Shown in pieces: positions 1-17,014 of a stretch of DNA of 64,000 bases (its first letter is position 1; each line of letters begins with the position of its first letter). The DNA is taken from assembly GCA_012295275.1 (NCBI GenBank), contig CM022678.1:1984001-2048000 (forward strand), in the 5' to 3' direction. The stretch is from Chrysomallon squamiferum. Its lineage: Eukaryota; Animalia; Mollusca. The translations under genes and the position numbers were made by a program. Under the pieces are notes generated by a model, which worked only from the letters and a program-made list of their open reading frames with translations, was not told the DNA's origin and made no database searches.

Positions 1-451
1 TTCTTTGTCTTTCAACAAACGGCGATATGTGTCCGTCGACAATACAGCGCTCGGCGCGAGATCATTGACTGATACGCTTACACGGTTAACATAAGCCCTG
101 TCCGCGGCGCAACTCCACTCGCACACTGGTCTATTGTCTCGGTAAGCGTAGACTGACAAGGGGGGAGGGGTGGGGGACACGAGGTCACGCGGTCTCTGCG
201 TGGTAAACGAGGCTAGAACAATACCAGGGCTTAACAATGTCCATTGTGAGCTGCGAAATTTGTGCTGAGTCATTTACCGAGATAAACATCAGTGATTTTT
301 TTTTTTTTTTTTTTTTTAAATTTATTGTTATTATTATTATTATTTTTTTTTTTTTAATTTGTATATAGGTTATAGCAGAAGCGCTACATTGAAGATTTGT
401 CATTTGTGGAAGTAATAAAATTACAATTCTATCTTACCTACCTTAAAATAA

Positions 452-490
<39 letters not shown>

Positions 491-801
491 ATGTATGATG
501 TAGCAAAACCCTTTTTTAAAATAATTTTATTTATTTATTTATTTTATTTTATTTTATTTTATTTTATTTTATTTTATTTTATTTCACTTAATTTTAATTT
601 TATTTATTCGTTTATTATATATCTCTTTTTTGTTTATTTCTTATTTCTTAAAACTTAATTCTAGTATTCGAATTTACAAAACAGAAATAAAATAAATAAA
701 AAAATATAAAAAATAAAATAAAATAAATAAATGAAATAAAATATTATTCTATTAAATTAAATAAACAAACAAACAAACAAACAAACAAACAAACAAACAA
801 A

Positions 802-832
<31 letters not shown>

Positions 833-1116
833 AGTCACTTAAAAGGAAACGTCATGAAAACACTTTTTTTCAGTAATAGTCGGGGATTTCCGTCAGCTTA
901 CCGAACAAATCCGAGCACTAAATACGTAATTAGTAACTTATGAGAGATTAGCAGTAATCTGTTTACTTAGGCTTTGTTTGAAAACCAACCAAGCAATCTA
1001 CGACTTATGTACTTTTCTCAATTCCACACTTTAAGTCTTTTTGCAGAAAGAACAATAAAACTGTTTTACCTGCAGTCCCAGATTATCTTATATCAATATT
1101 TTAACAGAATAGAGTC

Positions 1117-1637
<521 letters not shown>

Positions 1638-2406
1638 TACAATTTACCTTCAGTTGTTTCAGAACTCAACAAAAACAGTCAGAGAGAAACGAAATTTGAT
1701 CAGCTGCTGATTTCTCTTTCAGCAAACGATTCTTTTAAAGTCTGCTGGTGTAAAAATTGTTTTGTTGTAGAAAACACAACGTCACTTTTTAACTCGCAGT
1801 CCCTCATTATTTTACATCTTTCTTTCTTTTTCTTCATTTTTTTTGTTTTTTCATCCACAAGTTTTTATTTTTTTATTTGTTATAAAACTGTGGTATATAA
1901 CTTGTAGTTAATAACTGCTGATACAAAAATGTATATGGGCATGATTGAATGTGTGTGTGTGTACGTGTGTGAGTGTCTTTATATATATATATATTTGTAT
2001 TATTTTGTAAGTATGTACATATACTCATACACAAATAAACGTGTGCAGATATACATGTGCGTCTATTTATGAGTGTATGTGTGTGTTATATATATAGACA
2101 CATATATATGCATGTATGTATATATTTATACGTACGTATGTACGTAATGCACGTATATATATATATATGTATCTACGTATTACACACGTGAATAATTTGC
2201 GATTTGGAATTATTCAAAGTCAGACACTGTTAGTAAGAGAAAGAAGATTTAAGAGCTGATTTGAGTGTAACGCTGTGTGTAATTCTGTAAGTCTGTAGCG
2301 TGCTGCTGTCGACCTCTGTGAGCGGGTTTCTCACCCTGACCTCAAATCTGCCAACCCGGACTGGGAAAAAAACGTGGCTTCTTGCCAGCGTCATTGCTAT
2401 TCCACG

Positions 2407-3372
<966 letters not shown>

Positions 3373-3836
3373 TACGCATGAAATAATACTTTTTTTTTCG
3401 TTTCTGAATAAGTTGATTTTTTTCATAAGGTAAGTATGTCGACAGGAAAATGTATGATTTTTTTTTTTTCCCGTTTTCTTATATATATATATATATATAT
3501 ATATTTATCCACTTGTGTGGGTACACTGTAGGTGGTTTGACCTCTAAGTGGGTTCAGTAATTTGAACAGTTCGCGGATATTTTATTAGTGTGACAAAGGA
3601 AAAAGAAAAAGATGACTTCGGCGTACTTGTAGAGCTAAGTAATTAACTCGTGTTTGAAACTAGTTACCAAAGATGAAAAATAAAACGTTAAACGATATAA
3701 TTATATTCATAGAGACATAAACAGATATACAAATACACACAAACACATTCAAATACATACATGTAGAGACAGACATACAGACACACATATACACATGCAC
3801 ATACATATATAAATGCACAGATATATACGTGCACAC

Positions 3837-3885
<49 letters not shown>

Positions 3886-4130
3886 AACACACACACAACA
3901 CTCACATACAACAGTGAAATCAATCAATATTTGCGATAATCCAGATTAACAACCGTTTTAACAATACAAAAATAAAATAAAGTAAATAAAAATAAAAGAA
4001 CAAAGTGAATCGCCAGAGCGGACTACTGCTACTGCTGCAAACATTGTTTAACGCGATTTGTCACTGTTGTCATGGAAACCACGTGCGTGCAGTAAGTGCG
4101 GGTTTACAGAGCAAACAAAGACGTGTGCAC

Positions 4131-4172
4131 GGTTCACGGTTCACGGTTCACGGTTCACGGTTCACGGTTCAC
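4131..4172. repeat. (GGTTCAC)6 heptamer tandem repeat
   Basis: ggttcac repeated six times, directly visible. Confidence 0.9.
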
Positions 4173-5229
4173 TGTTCCTCAGGCTCTGGGTTCGACTGCC
4201 CGAAATGGACTCTATAAATATTTTACTGTAGTTTTATGTATAACACAGTCGTATACAGATAGATATATTCAAACAAAACACACACACAGACACACATACA
4301 CACATACACAAACATACACACACACAGACATACACACATACACACACATACACATACACACACACATACACATACATACATACACATACACATACACACA
4401 CATACATACATATACACACACACACATACACACACATACACACACACATACACACACAACAACAAACACATTCACACACATATGACTCACATGACAAACA
4501 TATACATACATTTTATATATATATAGTCATATACACACATATACACATACATATATATATATATAGTCATATATACACATATACACACACAGACTTATAT
4601 ATATATAGTCATATACACAAACATAACAACAAACATACACACTTATATATATAGTCATATACACACATATACACATACTTTTATGTATATTATGTCATAT
4701 ACACACATATATACATGAACATGAACATATACACATACACACACTTTTCACATACTTATCCATATGCATGTTACAGATAGGTAAGTGTAACAAATCAGTT
4801 ACATCTGTCTTAGTCCACTTTTGTCTTCGAAAAGAAAATTAATTAATTAATTAAACACACAAACACGCACACATACACGCACACACACACACACACAAGA
4901 AAGAAACGTAAACGAGACAAAACATAAATGATTAAAGAGCTAAGAATTAAAAAGAAATTGATTTTCGACAGCAGGATGTGACTGCGAAGAGAACGCGCTC
5001 TGTTTAACGACATACAGTCACGCAATTCGTAGTCAGAACGTCTTTGTTGTTAAGACAAAAGTCAGAATACAAAATGACAGAACGCAATGTGCACGAGTGT
5101 GGAAACAAGGGTGTCCGTAAGACAGAAATAATAAATACTGTTAGTCGAGTTGTCATTGTGAACAAAAATGTATATTGTATATATCGATATGTGTGGTGTA
5201 ATGTTTATATATGTATGTGTGTATATGTA

Positions 5230-5277
<48 letters not shown>

Positions 5278-5289
5278 TGTGTGTGTAAT

Positions 5290-5346
<57 letters not shown>

Positions 5347-7571
5347 CATAACTCAATGTTTGTCAGTGTCTGTATATGTTTGCATGTGTGTGTGTATGTA
5401 TGTTTGTTTTAATGTACACACACACACACACATGTATATATATTTTTTTCACGTATGTATTTGTGAGTGTGTGTATATATGTATGTGTGTATGTGTGTTT
5501 TACTTATGTTCGTTCTTACTTATGTGTATATGCATGTTTGTAGGTAGGTACGTATGTACGTAAATATCTATTTACACATCTATTTATTAGGTTTGTATGT
5601 TTGTTTGTAAATTCCGATCTGAATATAAAAGTTTATGAATATAAATAAATAACTTACGTAACTCGTATCTAACTTTATAAGTGAACGAAACGACATCGTG
5701 TAGTAAATATTACAGAATACTTCAGAACCTGTTCTCGTGTGTACCCTTATTTCGATCGGAGTATAATCACACAAAACATAAATCACATAGATCACAAAAC
5801 AAGATCGCAAAGAATTCACAGAATGTTAGACACGCTGACCGATTTGTCGTTCATAAAAAAAGTTGTTCGAGTATTTAATTAACTCTGTGTGTTTGTGTGT
5901 GTTGAGTTATGTGTACGTATATGTGTGTGTGTGTCTGTATGTGTGTATATATATATATTTATATAAGCTGTGAATTCTTAATGCAATGTGTGTCTGTCTG
6001 TCTGTCACTGAATGATTTATTTTCAGTAAGAAGCATGTGGTAGCTTTATGAATGTTTACTCGAAAAAGTTGAGAACTGATGTTGCAAAATTAAGAACCTA
6101 ATAATAAAAAAATAATAATAAAAAAAATTAATAAATAAATATATAAATAAATAAATAAATATTTAAATAAATAAATATTCGTACTAAATACTATTATTAA
6201 TTAGAAGTAAATTAATGTAATATCAGAAACAAATATATTTCTAAATTTCTCTGAGGACAAATATATATATAAATGTATATGTAATATATAAAATGTATTT
6301 TTATGCGTATATTTATGTGTGTATGTGCATATACTTATATATATATATATATATACTTGTGTGTAAATGTATGTATGAACATATTTTATATTTTCTTGAG
6401 TAATTAACACACTGATATATAATAACAGAAGCAGAAATCAACCACATCAAGAATTTTGTGCTAAAACCAGTAGAAAACAAAGATAACTGACAATTTAGTT
6501 TTAGTGTTTATTGTAGGAAAATAGTATTAACAATAAATAAACAACGGTAAATAAATAAATAAATAAATAATAAACAAATAAACGAAAAGATAAAGAGATT
6601 TATAAATAAATAAGTAAATAATAAAATAAATAAATACTTAAATAAAAATTTATTTAATTAATAAAAAAAATAAAAAAAAAAAAAAAAAATAATAACATAA
6701 AATAAAATAAAATAAAATAAAACTAAATAAATAAATTATCAACATTCACTCTTAATTTAGAGCGGTCCATTTATTATTTATAAATATATAAATAAATAAA
6801 TAAATATTCATGTAAATATTAATTTAACATCATCATACACTTTAATAGTTTCCTTTCTCGAGTAACTAGTTCATAATTTCACTTTCTTGTACGCTAAATA
6901 ACAGAATATGTACAAACCTAGGGAAAACTAAGTTCCTTATTTATAAGGAAAAATAATAACTAAATAAATAAATAAACAAATAAATAAATAAATAAACAAA
7001 CAAATAAGTAAATAAATAAATATGTAAGTAAATAAATATAAAAATAAATAAATAATAAATAAATAAGCAAATAAACAAATAAATAAATAAATATGTAAAT
7101 AAATATATAAATAAATAAACAATTAAATAAATAAATAAACAAACAAATAAATAAATAATTAAATAAATAAATAAACAAATAAATATGTAAGTAAGTAAGT
7201 AAATAAATAAATAAATATGTAGGTAAGTAAATAAATAAATAAATAAATAAATAAAAATTAAAAAATAAATAAATTAAAAAAAAAAATAATAAAATAAAAA
7301 TAAAAAAATAACCAAACATCGAGGTTGAGAATATATGTCAGACGATACCGTATAACAAAACTATTTTTGAGACACACGATTAATACAAAAATAACGAATG
7401 TTTCCATTCAGCAGATCATCTCTGTACTGCATTAATAAAACAGTGTACAGAAAAATAGCAGTTTTACGGTATAGTTACTTGAAATGCCTTACGTCGAAGA
7501 GAACAAATTTAAATAACGTTTATTTTGATTGGCTCTTGCTCTATTTAAATACAGTAAACCCTTGAATAGAA

Positions 7572-7602
<31 letters not shown>

Positions 7603-7996
7603 TTATTATTTGTTTGTATTTTTTAATGTTGTGATTTAAAAGGAAATAAATTGATTTTGCATTAATTATTCATAACGCTTTTTTTTTTTATATGACTTCT
7701 ATTCAAGGGTATACCATCATTATAATTTATACATATATATATAAAAAATGATTAACTGTACAAAATAAATACCTAGACATTATTTTACACATCTAAAGAT
7801 CAATATATTTACATTAAAACGTGACTTTTTCATTTTTTTAACTTTCTTTACCTTGTTTCAGAAGATGCAGAAAGAAATCGAAAAAGAACAAAACACACAC
7901 ATATTTACACAGCAGTTCACTGGGAAGACTAATTTAAAAAAAAAAAAAAAAAAAAACACTATCCACAGGCAGGAAGTCTCGATAACGCATTGCAGT

Positions 7997-9106
7997 CTAC
8001 CCGTCGTACACCACGTGCACCGCGGTGTCTGTCTGTGGAGGCTCGTCGGCATAGTCTATTTCCGGCTCCTGTGGATGCTCGGCCGAGCTGAACTCCACGC
8101 CCCGCAGCCACTCGAAGATCCTCTCCAGCCTCTCCCTCTCGCTCTCCGCCTCCTCCGCCTCCTCCGTCTGTCCGTCGGGCGGCTGCTCGGGCGAGAAGTC
8201 CTGGATGGAGTTCATGGCGGGCGTCGAGCAGTAGCGCTTCAGCTTGTGCGGGTGCACGTGACTCCGGTGTCGCGCCGGCTTCGCGAAGCCGTTGATGCTG
8301 TTCACCGTGATCATCGTCGTCGTCGTCGTCGTTTTGGCGTTGTTCAGCAGACTCGAGTTCCTCGCCTTCCTGTGAGACGTCGCCAGCTTCTGCTCGGACT
8401 TGTTCCTCCTCAGAAACGGCTTCGGTTTGTTTGCGTAGACGTCGAGAGGGACGAGCTCGGAGTCGTTCCCGCCGGTCAGCCCCAGCCTCGACCGCACCCT
8501 GTCCTGGGACACCGACCGGCTCTTCGTCGTCCTCGGGGTGACCATCAGGTTCTTCACGCAGCTGTCGTTGTTGTTCTTCTCGTACAACGTCTGCAGCTTC
8601 GTCGTCGATCCGGTGTCGCCACCCGTACTCGGGTCCGACGATCGCGTTTTTAAGTTTCCGATAGCGGGGTACGAGCTCACGGACTCGCACGAGAGACTGT
8701 GGCGCGACTGGTTGGAGTTCTTCTGCGAACCCTCCGTCGTAGAAATCCTGTTTTTGTTCCTCGAATAAACTCGGCTCTGCTCGGCAGAAGCCGGCGATTT
8801 ACACTTGGCGTTGTTGCCGCCTATGGGCGGCAGTTCGGGCGCACTCATTCTGCGGTGTGTGCGGCGGGCAGTGGCGAAGTCTTTCGGCGAAAACACATTT
8901 CCGTCAGATCCCCCCTCGTCGTCCTCCTCCTCCTCATCTGGCAGACAGAACGTCACAGCACTGTCTCGTCGCCTCGGTTTGACGACTGAACGCTCCGTAC
9001 GTAAAAACCCGCGGCGCGAACAACCACAACCGTCTCCAACACCAACACAACTGTCGTCTGCCCCGCTCTCCCGGATATCGTCGGCCGCCAGCGCGCACAT
9101 GCGCAT
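7997..9106 (-). CDS. Uncharacterised ~369-aa protein, single coding exon, largely low-complexity with an acidic C-terminal motif (ERIFEWLRGV...EIDYADEPPQTDTAVHVVYDG*)
   Basis: 1.1-kb non-repetitive, GC-rich ORF with a strong preference for G/C-ending codons, set in very AT-rich DNA. First in-frame ATG at 9106 (MRMCALAADD); stop TAG at 7997-7999. Family not recognised; upstream exons cannot be excluded. Confidence 0.8.
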   Translation of the reverse strand: MRMCALAADDIRESGADDSCVGVGDGCGCSRRGFLRTERSVVKPRRRDSAVTFCLPDEEEEDDEGGSDGNVFSPKDFATARRTHRRMSAPELPPIGGNNAKCKSPASAEQSRVYSRNKNRISTTEGSQKNSNQSRHSLSCESVSSYPAIGNLKTRSSDPSTGGDTGSTTKLQTLYEKNNNDSCVKNLMVTPRTTKSRSVSQDRVRSRLGLTGGNDSELVPLDVYANKPKPFLRRNKSEQKLATSHRKARNSSLLNNAKTTTTTTMITVNSINGFAKPARHRSHVHPHKLKRYCSTPAMNSIQDFSPEQPPDGQTEEAEEAESERERLERIFEWLRGVEFSSAEHPQEPEIDYADEPPQTDTAVHVVYDG

Positions 9107-9969
9107 TGCGTTTCTCGGGCGATTTAAGGCCGCCAGATGAAGAAATAATAATAACAACAATAGCAGGTATTGATCTGTTCTACTGAAGCGTGTACTTCTG
9201 TTCGGCTAAGTAGGCGCGGTATGAGTGCTGTGACCGTATTAAAATGTAAACAGTACTGTATCGAGTGACGTAATGCAATTCATGCTTTTCTGTAACTGGG
9301 TGAAGTATATCAAGTTGTTTTCTTTGTTTGTTTTTTATTTTGTTTTTTTTTTTTTTTTTTTTTTTCTCTCTCTCTCTCTCGTTTTACTTCACAGTCAGTG
9401 TCCTGTCGTTTACAGCGTCAGTGATTTTTTTAGAAAGATTTTTTCAGTGACAGAAATAAGAAACACGACGACGTCCACAGCCAGCTGAATACGTACGTGA
9501 CTGACGTTGCCATTCACCGATAAGTGCCGCGAGTTGATAAACTTACAGTATCTGACAGCCTGTGTAAATAAAAAAATGTGTTAGAAGTATACAAACACAT
9601 TTACATACACACACACATACATACATATTACATACACACACACATACATATTTAAATACACACACACATATTTACACACACATACATATTTACATACACA
9701 CACACATATTTACATATTACATACACACAAACATACATACATATTTACATATTTACATACACATACATACATATACACACATTCATACATACATACATAC
9801 ATAATTACATACTCAGGTATATTTATGCAATTATATAATATAGGTATTTTATACAAGCAGTTTACAATTATTTATTTATTTATTTATATATTTAGTTATT
9901 TTATTTTATTTTGTTTTATATTTTATTTTTATTTTTATTTTTGTTTATTAACTTGAAAGAGTATTATTT

Positions 9970-10008
<39 letters not shown>

Positions 10009-10566
10009 GATTAATCAGGTATTTGCTTCCTCATAATTCTACGTCATTAACTAATGAATTAACTTCCAGAATAATTAATTACCTGGTTACTAATTAGCTG
10101 ATTAACTAATTAAAAGCTCACCTGTTCAGTGCTGATTGCAGTCAATTAGTTACTTTTTTTTCTCTTCATTAGCTGGTTTTTTTTTTTTTTCTTTTCCTTC
10201 CTTTTATTTCTCTTCTTTTTTTCTTCTTTTCATTTCTTTTTTTTTTTTTTCTTTCTTTCTTTCTTTCTTACATTCGTTTTGTTCGTGCTTGTTATTACGA
10301 TATATTCTGCAGTGGTGCTCCGGGGAATGAAAAGAAAAAAACGTCGGGTTTCGTTTTATATATAAAAATTGTTATCTGCGCAGAACAATAAAATGTATTT
10401 GTGTAACTCTTGTAAGTTTGCGACAGTCCACCCTCGATAAGGTATCTCGACTTAGTAAATCATTCTTGGGTCGAAGGTCAAATCTACGTCTGCCAGTGGA
10501 AAGAAAGGAATGTGCCACTGTATTTGTTGATAAAAAACTAATAAATACAAGACAGAGAGGCGGGGG

Positions 10567-10652
<86 letters not shown>

Positions 10653-11226
10653 ATTTCAAGAAGATTTTATTATTACACATCTGTTAGAAAACGGCAGACA
10701 AAAAAAAAAAAAAAAAAAAATAAAAAAAAAAAAACGAATACGATTAAAAGCAAGACATTGTTTGTCTATATTAATGTATTTTTATTCATTTGTTGTTGTT
10801 GTTGTTTTCTTTCTTTTATTCCAATTCTTCGAAGCATCTCAGACAACACACATTACACTTGTCGCGTTTCATTCACCAGAGCGCGCGCGCGCGGATCTTC
10901 AAACTGAGGTTCGGTTTAATCGTCTGCTTCAAAATGTCGTAAATTTCTCTCTGTCGCGTCTGCGCGCGGGGTCGCGATACGAAGCGCCTCGCTTGTCCTT
11001 TCTCTTTCATGTCGCTTGTTAAAAGCTTTTAATGGCTGTTGTCGCTGACTACACGCTTGTACCCATTTCTTAATGGTCGCCATTAAAGTTTAGGTATGCG
11101 TGAAAATTTACGAGCACGAATTTTTATGTTTCCTCTTTAGAAGCGTATAACTGAATGTAGCAGTATATATATATAAATAATATCGCCGATAATAACAACG
11201 ACAACAACAACCACAACAACAATAAC

Positions 11227-11284
<58 letters not shown>

Positions 11285-11324
11285 TAATAACAACAAGAAC
11301 AAGAAAAACAATAATAGTAATAAA

Positions 11325-11394
<70 letters not shown>

Positions 11395-11845
11395 TTGTAT
11401 GTATGTATGTGTGTCTGGGTGTGTGTGTGTGTGTGTGTCTCAAACACAGACACATTCCTCAAAGCTTGATTGAAAACAGCCTGGATTCATAACGAGTTTA
11501 ATAATAAATCTGACAAACAAAAGCAGTCGAGGTGGAACCGCTTCAGACAATTATTTTTATCTACGTAATAAAACTCTGGCTTCGTCGGCAGAGCTTAAAA
11601 TAGTTTCCAGAAAGAAAACGAACTTCGTAACGTGCAGCAGTAATCTGCGAGAAATTAATCAGCGGATTAGCAAAATAAGCCAAGTAGCTGAGACGTATGA
11701 TGATAAGACTTCTAAAAAAAGAAAACGGGACCGGGTCTAGCTGACTTTGAAATAAAAACTCTGAGGTCGATTTCTCTTTTATTTATTTACTTCTATTTTG
11801 TTTTTATCAGTATTAATTTATTTTTATTTTATTTCTTCATTTATT

Positions 11846-11876
<31 letters not shown>

Positions 11877-12627
11877 AACACATACATACATTATATAGAT
11901 ATAGATATTATCTTTCATTCTTATTTATTTATTTATTTATTATTATATTTGCGTTTTTGTGTTTTTACTGTTTTATTTTGTCAATTTATTATTTAAATGT
12001 ACTTTTTGTTTGTATACATGCTTCTTAAAGTAATCATTTTATTTTTTCATTTATTTTTAAATGTTTATTTTTGTTTGTATACGTCGTTTTTAAAGTTGTT
12101 TTTGTTTTTTTTTTTTTTTATTTATTTTATTTTTATTATTATTGCCGACGTCGTTTTCGTTGTTTTTGTTGTTATTTTATTTTATTATTATTATTATTAT
12201 TGATTCTCTTTGCATCGTCATCTTTCATTTCACCTCAAAATACACGGAATCTTATGAAGCAGAAGCTGACTACTGGTGGTTGCCATAACAACAAAATCCT
12301 CTTTGCGACGTGTGTTGTTACGCAGGAACGATTAAGTCCCCGGAAAGCTACTTTTCTTTTAGATCTGCTTTCCTAATTGGCCGATTGTTTAAGCTGCCGC
12401 TTTGCCATTGAACACCACTAATCCCTGTAATCCTTGAGCGTTATCGCCGCTGTTTTGCTCTGTACCGTTATAAACAAGGTGCGTTATAATTTGTAGTGGA
12501 TTTTTTGTTTTTTTAATATTAACCGTAGGAAACACGACTCTGAATATGTGTGTGTGTGTGAGTGCGTGTATGTGTGCGTTCGTGTGTGCGTGAGAGAAAG
12601 TGTTTATGAGTGTGCGTGAAACAGAGG

Positions 12628-12670
<43 letters not shown>

Positions 12671-13727
12671 TGTGTGTGTGTATTTATATCTATATATTTT
12701 TGTGTGTCTGTGTCAGTGTTTGTTTAGGAATAAATATTTTGTTTACTTATGTACGTCTTATTAGACTCTGGAACAGAAGGACAAAGTTCAATTATGACCT
12801 CACAAACCCCTCAGATATGTATGTATGTTTGTATGTGTATTTGTGTGTGTGTATATGTATGTATGTATGTACGCATGTATAAATATGTACGAATGTATAT
12901 ATGAATGAATGTTTATGTGTATATGTATTTGTATCTGTGTAAGTATGTTTGTATAAGAAAAAATCAAAAGAATAAGAAAAAAAAGAAAAAAAATAATAAT
13001 AATAATAAAAATAATAACAACAAAATAAATAAATATTCAATCAATATGTAACGATCACGTGACTACGAAATGTCAACGTCACCCACGTGTCGGTGACTGG
13101 AGGACAAGGCGACCTAGACTTTCGCCGGCCTCAAAACTTTTCTTTGATTTATTTCAAAGTGAAACCCGCCACAGACCTTTCGGTAGCAGACGATCGATTC
13201 CAGTTACACGGCAGACGTCCGTATCAAGCAGACGTCAACACTCGAACGTTCGGTTCCGTTGCTAACTGAAAGTATTAACTGAAACGAAATATTCGATCTG
13301 TTTGATAAAAGGAAAGAAAAGAAAGGCGTTCTCGAATCTTAGCTTCGTGTAATAGCGGGTATATCTTGATAACGGTTTAAGCCGAGTAGTTTTGTCTTCT
13401 CAAGGTCGCCCGTTTCATAATATCGTGCTGATTCATTGCACCAGCAGCAACAACAACAATAGCAACACCAACAGCAACAACAGCAGCAACAGTACACAAT
13501 AGTAATAATGATTTGTATTTGCAGTTATATGTGTACGTACGGCTTCGCTTTGTAATGTAATGTAATGTAATGGAATGTAATGTAATGTAATGTAATGTAA
13601 TGTTAATGGAAATGTGAATTTAAACGACACGTACATACATAAAGACAAGCAGACGCATAGACAAGTGTTCACATTCACATTAGTCTCATAGTCGATTGGA
13701 AAATTCAGTTTATCTTAATCTCTCTCA

Positions 13728-14054
13728 CTGTCTGTCTGTCTGTCTACCTCCATCACCTCTATCTGTCTGTCTGTCTGTCTGTCTATCTACCTTTCTATCT
13801 ATCTATCTATCTATCTGTCTGTCTGTCTGTCTGTATATCTGTCTATCTGTTTGTCTGTCTATCTATCTTTCTATCTATCTATCTGTCTATCTGTCTGTAT
13901 ATCTGTCTATCTCTCTCTATATCTATCTATCTGTCTGTATGTCTGTATATCTATCTATCTGTCTGTATGTCTGTCTATCTATATATCTGTCTATCTGTCT
14001 ATCTGTCTGTCTATCTATCTATATATCTTTCTATCTATCTATCTGTCTATCTTG

Positions 14055-14090
<36 letters not shown>

Positions 14091-14187
14091 ATATCTGTAT
14101 ATGTATCTATCTATATATCTATCTGTCTGTCTTTCTGTCTATCTATCTATCTATCTTTCTGTCTGTCTATCTATCTATCTATCTGTA

Positions 14188-14220
<33 letters not shown>

Positions 14221-14270
14221 TTCTGTCTGTCTGTCTGTCTATCTATCCGTCCGTCCATCTGACTGACTGT
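13728..14270. repeat. Compound (TCTG)n/(TCTA)n tetranucleotide satellite
   Basis: Directly visible. Confidence 0.95.
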
Positions 14271-15291
14271 GTGTCTCCATACATACAGACCTGTATACAA
14301 CAAACAGACACACAGTCGCATGCGCCATCTGTTACTCAGGTCATCTTTTTTTTCCTTTTCCGATCCACAAATAAATTACCAGATAAAAGTACAAAACAAA
14401 ATCTCGTAAGTCCCAGTTATAACCGCACATTGACAAACCGATAAGGAACAATAAATCGGGAATAAAAAATAAAAAATAACAAAATAATTATTCGGTAGCG
14501 TTTCCGTGTCCTGAGATCGATATCGGAAGCTCTTGCGACTCGTAAGGACAAATCGAACATGTCGCGGAGAAATCCGATCGCCGACGAATCGATACGGAAA
14601 AAAAATAATTTTCCGTTTCCTTCCGTTACAGCTTGAATTACGTCGGCTGTAACCGAACTTCCTTATTACTACCTTGGCAACGGTTGTCAGGCGTCGTTAG
14701 CAACGCGATTACATCGAGGTTTCGCGGAACTAATAAAATAATATGTAATAAAGAACGAGAGTACTTTTAAGTGTATTTCGCGTGTTTATGTACTCCACGT
14801 TCTAATTAAATGACCCAACAGCAAAATATTGTTTTACTACTTTTATTACTACATCTACGACGACTATTACTACTACCACTACTGCTGCTACTACTATAAC
14901 TCTACTAGTATTAATACTACTACAACTCTACTTCTATTACTATTGCTGCTGTTACTACTACCAGTAGTCCTATTACTACTACTAATAGTAATAGTACAAT
15001 CATTTATTATTTTGTTGTTACAACAGCAACAACTACTACTACTATTGCTATCATTATAATGGCTGTTCTTTTCGTTGTCGTTGTTTCTGTTATTATTAAT
15101 CTTACATATTCTTCTATGTCATTTCTTTTTTATTTATGAAATTAGTTGATATCAACGAAGTGACGTCATAGTATAGAAGCGCCAAAATTATGTAATATCG
15201 GAGCTTTATTTGTTTTTGTGATCATTTTTCAGTACCATCATCATCATCATTACCTTCGCCATTCATCATCTTTCTTCAACATTATAATACT

Positions 15292-15350
<59 letters not shown>

Positions 15351-15606
15351 TTGTTTTCTTACAGAGGAAAAAGAAAAGGTCTACACCGTCCTTACACGTC
15401 CAGGAACTGGACACGTGTTCCGGTCACTAACACGTAATGATGACCTCATCGGTCGGTCACCCGAGGCTAATCTTGCCTGGATTAACCGATAATTTCCGGC
15501 CGGTCTCTCTCGGGTCACTAATCAACGAGCTGACGTAATCATGTCGTTGTATCTCGGGCCATCATACATTTACACGAGTCAGGGAAATGACTTGTTTCCT
15601 ATTTGT

Positions 15607-15676
<70 letters not shown>

Positions 15677-16231
15677 TCATATGCAGATATTCGAGACATT
15701 GCGCATGCGCATACACACATATAGAAAATGAACTTTATATTACGAAGTAAAACTGAAACCAGTACTAACCAGCTGTTAAGCTGTTAAAAAGATATTTTTT
15801 TATACACGTTTATTTATTTATTTATTTTATTTTATTTATTTACTTTTAAATTTTTGTGTGTGTGTGTGTGTGATACAAAGATATATATATTTATATGTAA
15901 AATACCGGTTACATTTTTAACTGGTTACTGGTTACTGTTTTAACATAAAAATTTTATTTACGAACGATCTGATTCAGCGAAGATAAATTTTGTGTCTGTT
16001 TTCTTTTCTCCAGTAGTCCTACACAACACACAGACTGAACGAAATCTTTTATTTATCAGGTTTCCGCCCTCAACAGCGAATAGTTCTTGTCGACTCACGA
16101 ATATTGATTTCATTGTCACCTGTAAAAAAATAAAATAAAATAAAAAAAAAAAAAAAATAAAATATAAAAAATAAATAAATAAATAAAAATTACACATCAA
16201 AGAAAAAGAGTCTTTATATACAATTTTAAAT

Positions 16232-16264
<33 letters not shown>

Positions 16265-16975
16265 GAAAACTGTTTTTAAAAATGGGGTTTAGATCTATAC
16301 CAGCGATTAAACACTAAAAAAGTAACGGTGAATAATACTCACGTGCGTATATATATATATATATATTTATTTTTGGCCAGTGTCCAATAATATTTTAGTT
16401 TATTTAGTCATTATATCTTGCTAGTATTTGGAGTATTTGGAGTAACTATCTATCTATCTACACCTATACGCAAGCACGCGCACACACACACACACACACA
16501 CATCATACACACACACACACCCTCACGCATACACAATATTCATAGATATTGTATGGGTATTTTTAAAGGTTTATCAGATAGACATATTTTTTTTACATAT
16601 ATTTTTACAGATTCTTATACATTTACTTTATACACGTAATTTACAGGTATTTCATGCAGGTATTTTTGCAGGTATATCATATACATATATTTCATACAGG
16701 TTTTTTTACAGGTATATCATACACATATATTTCATACAGGCATTTTTACAGATCTTTGACATACATATATTTTATAGAGGTGTTTTTACAGGTGTTTGTG
16801 ATAAAGGTGTGTCATACACAGGTGTATTATTCAGGTACGTGACAAGTGTGGACAGATTTCGTGGAACGCGAAGGTAAAACTGAACAGTCAGGCGTTTTGC
16901 CAAATGACTCAACCAGAACGGACACTGGTCTGTGGCAATTAGATTTGTACCCTTACGTCCAACTCAGATGTTCGT

Positions 16976-17014
<39 letters not shown>

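Noticed and set aside
7853-9140. Overlapping ORFs 7853-8653(+), 7959-8690(-), 8699-8989(+) and 8805-9140(+)
   Set aside because: Shadow frames expected from the high GC3 of the real ORF; no independent coding signal.
15958-16200. Minus-strand acceptor (tttttacag near 16120) and short ORF as a coding exon
   Set aside because: No recognisable protein and no phase-linked neighbouring exon. It could be a non-coding exon, but I cannot support that.
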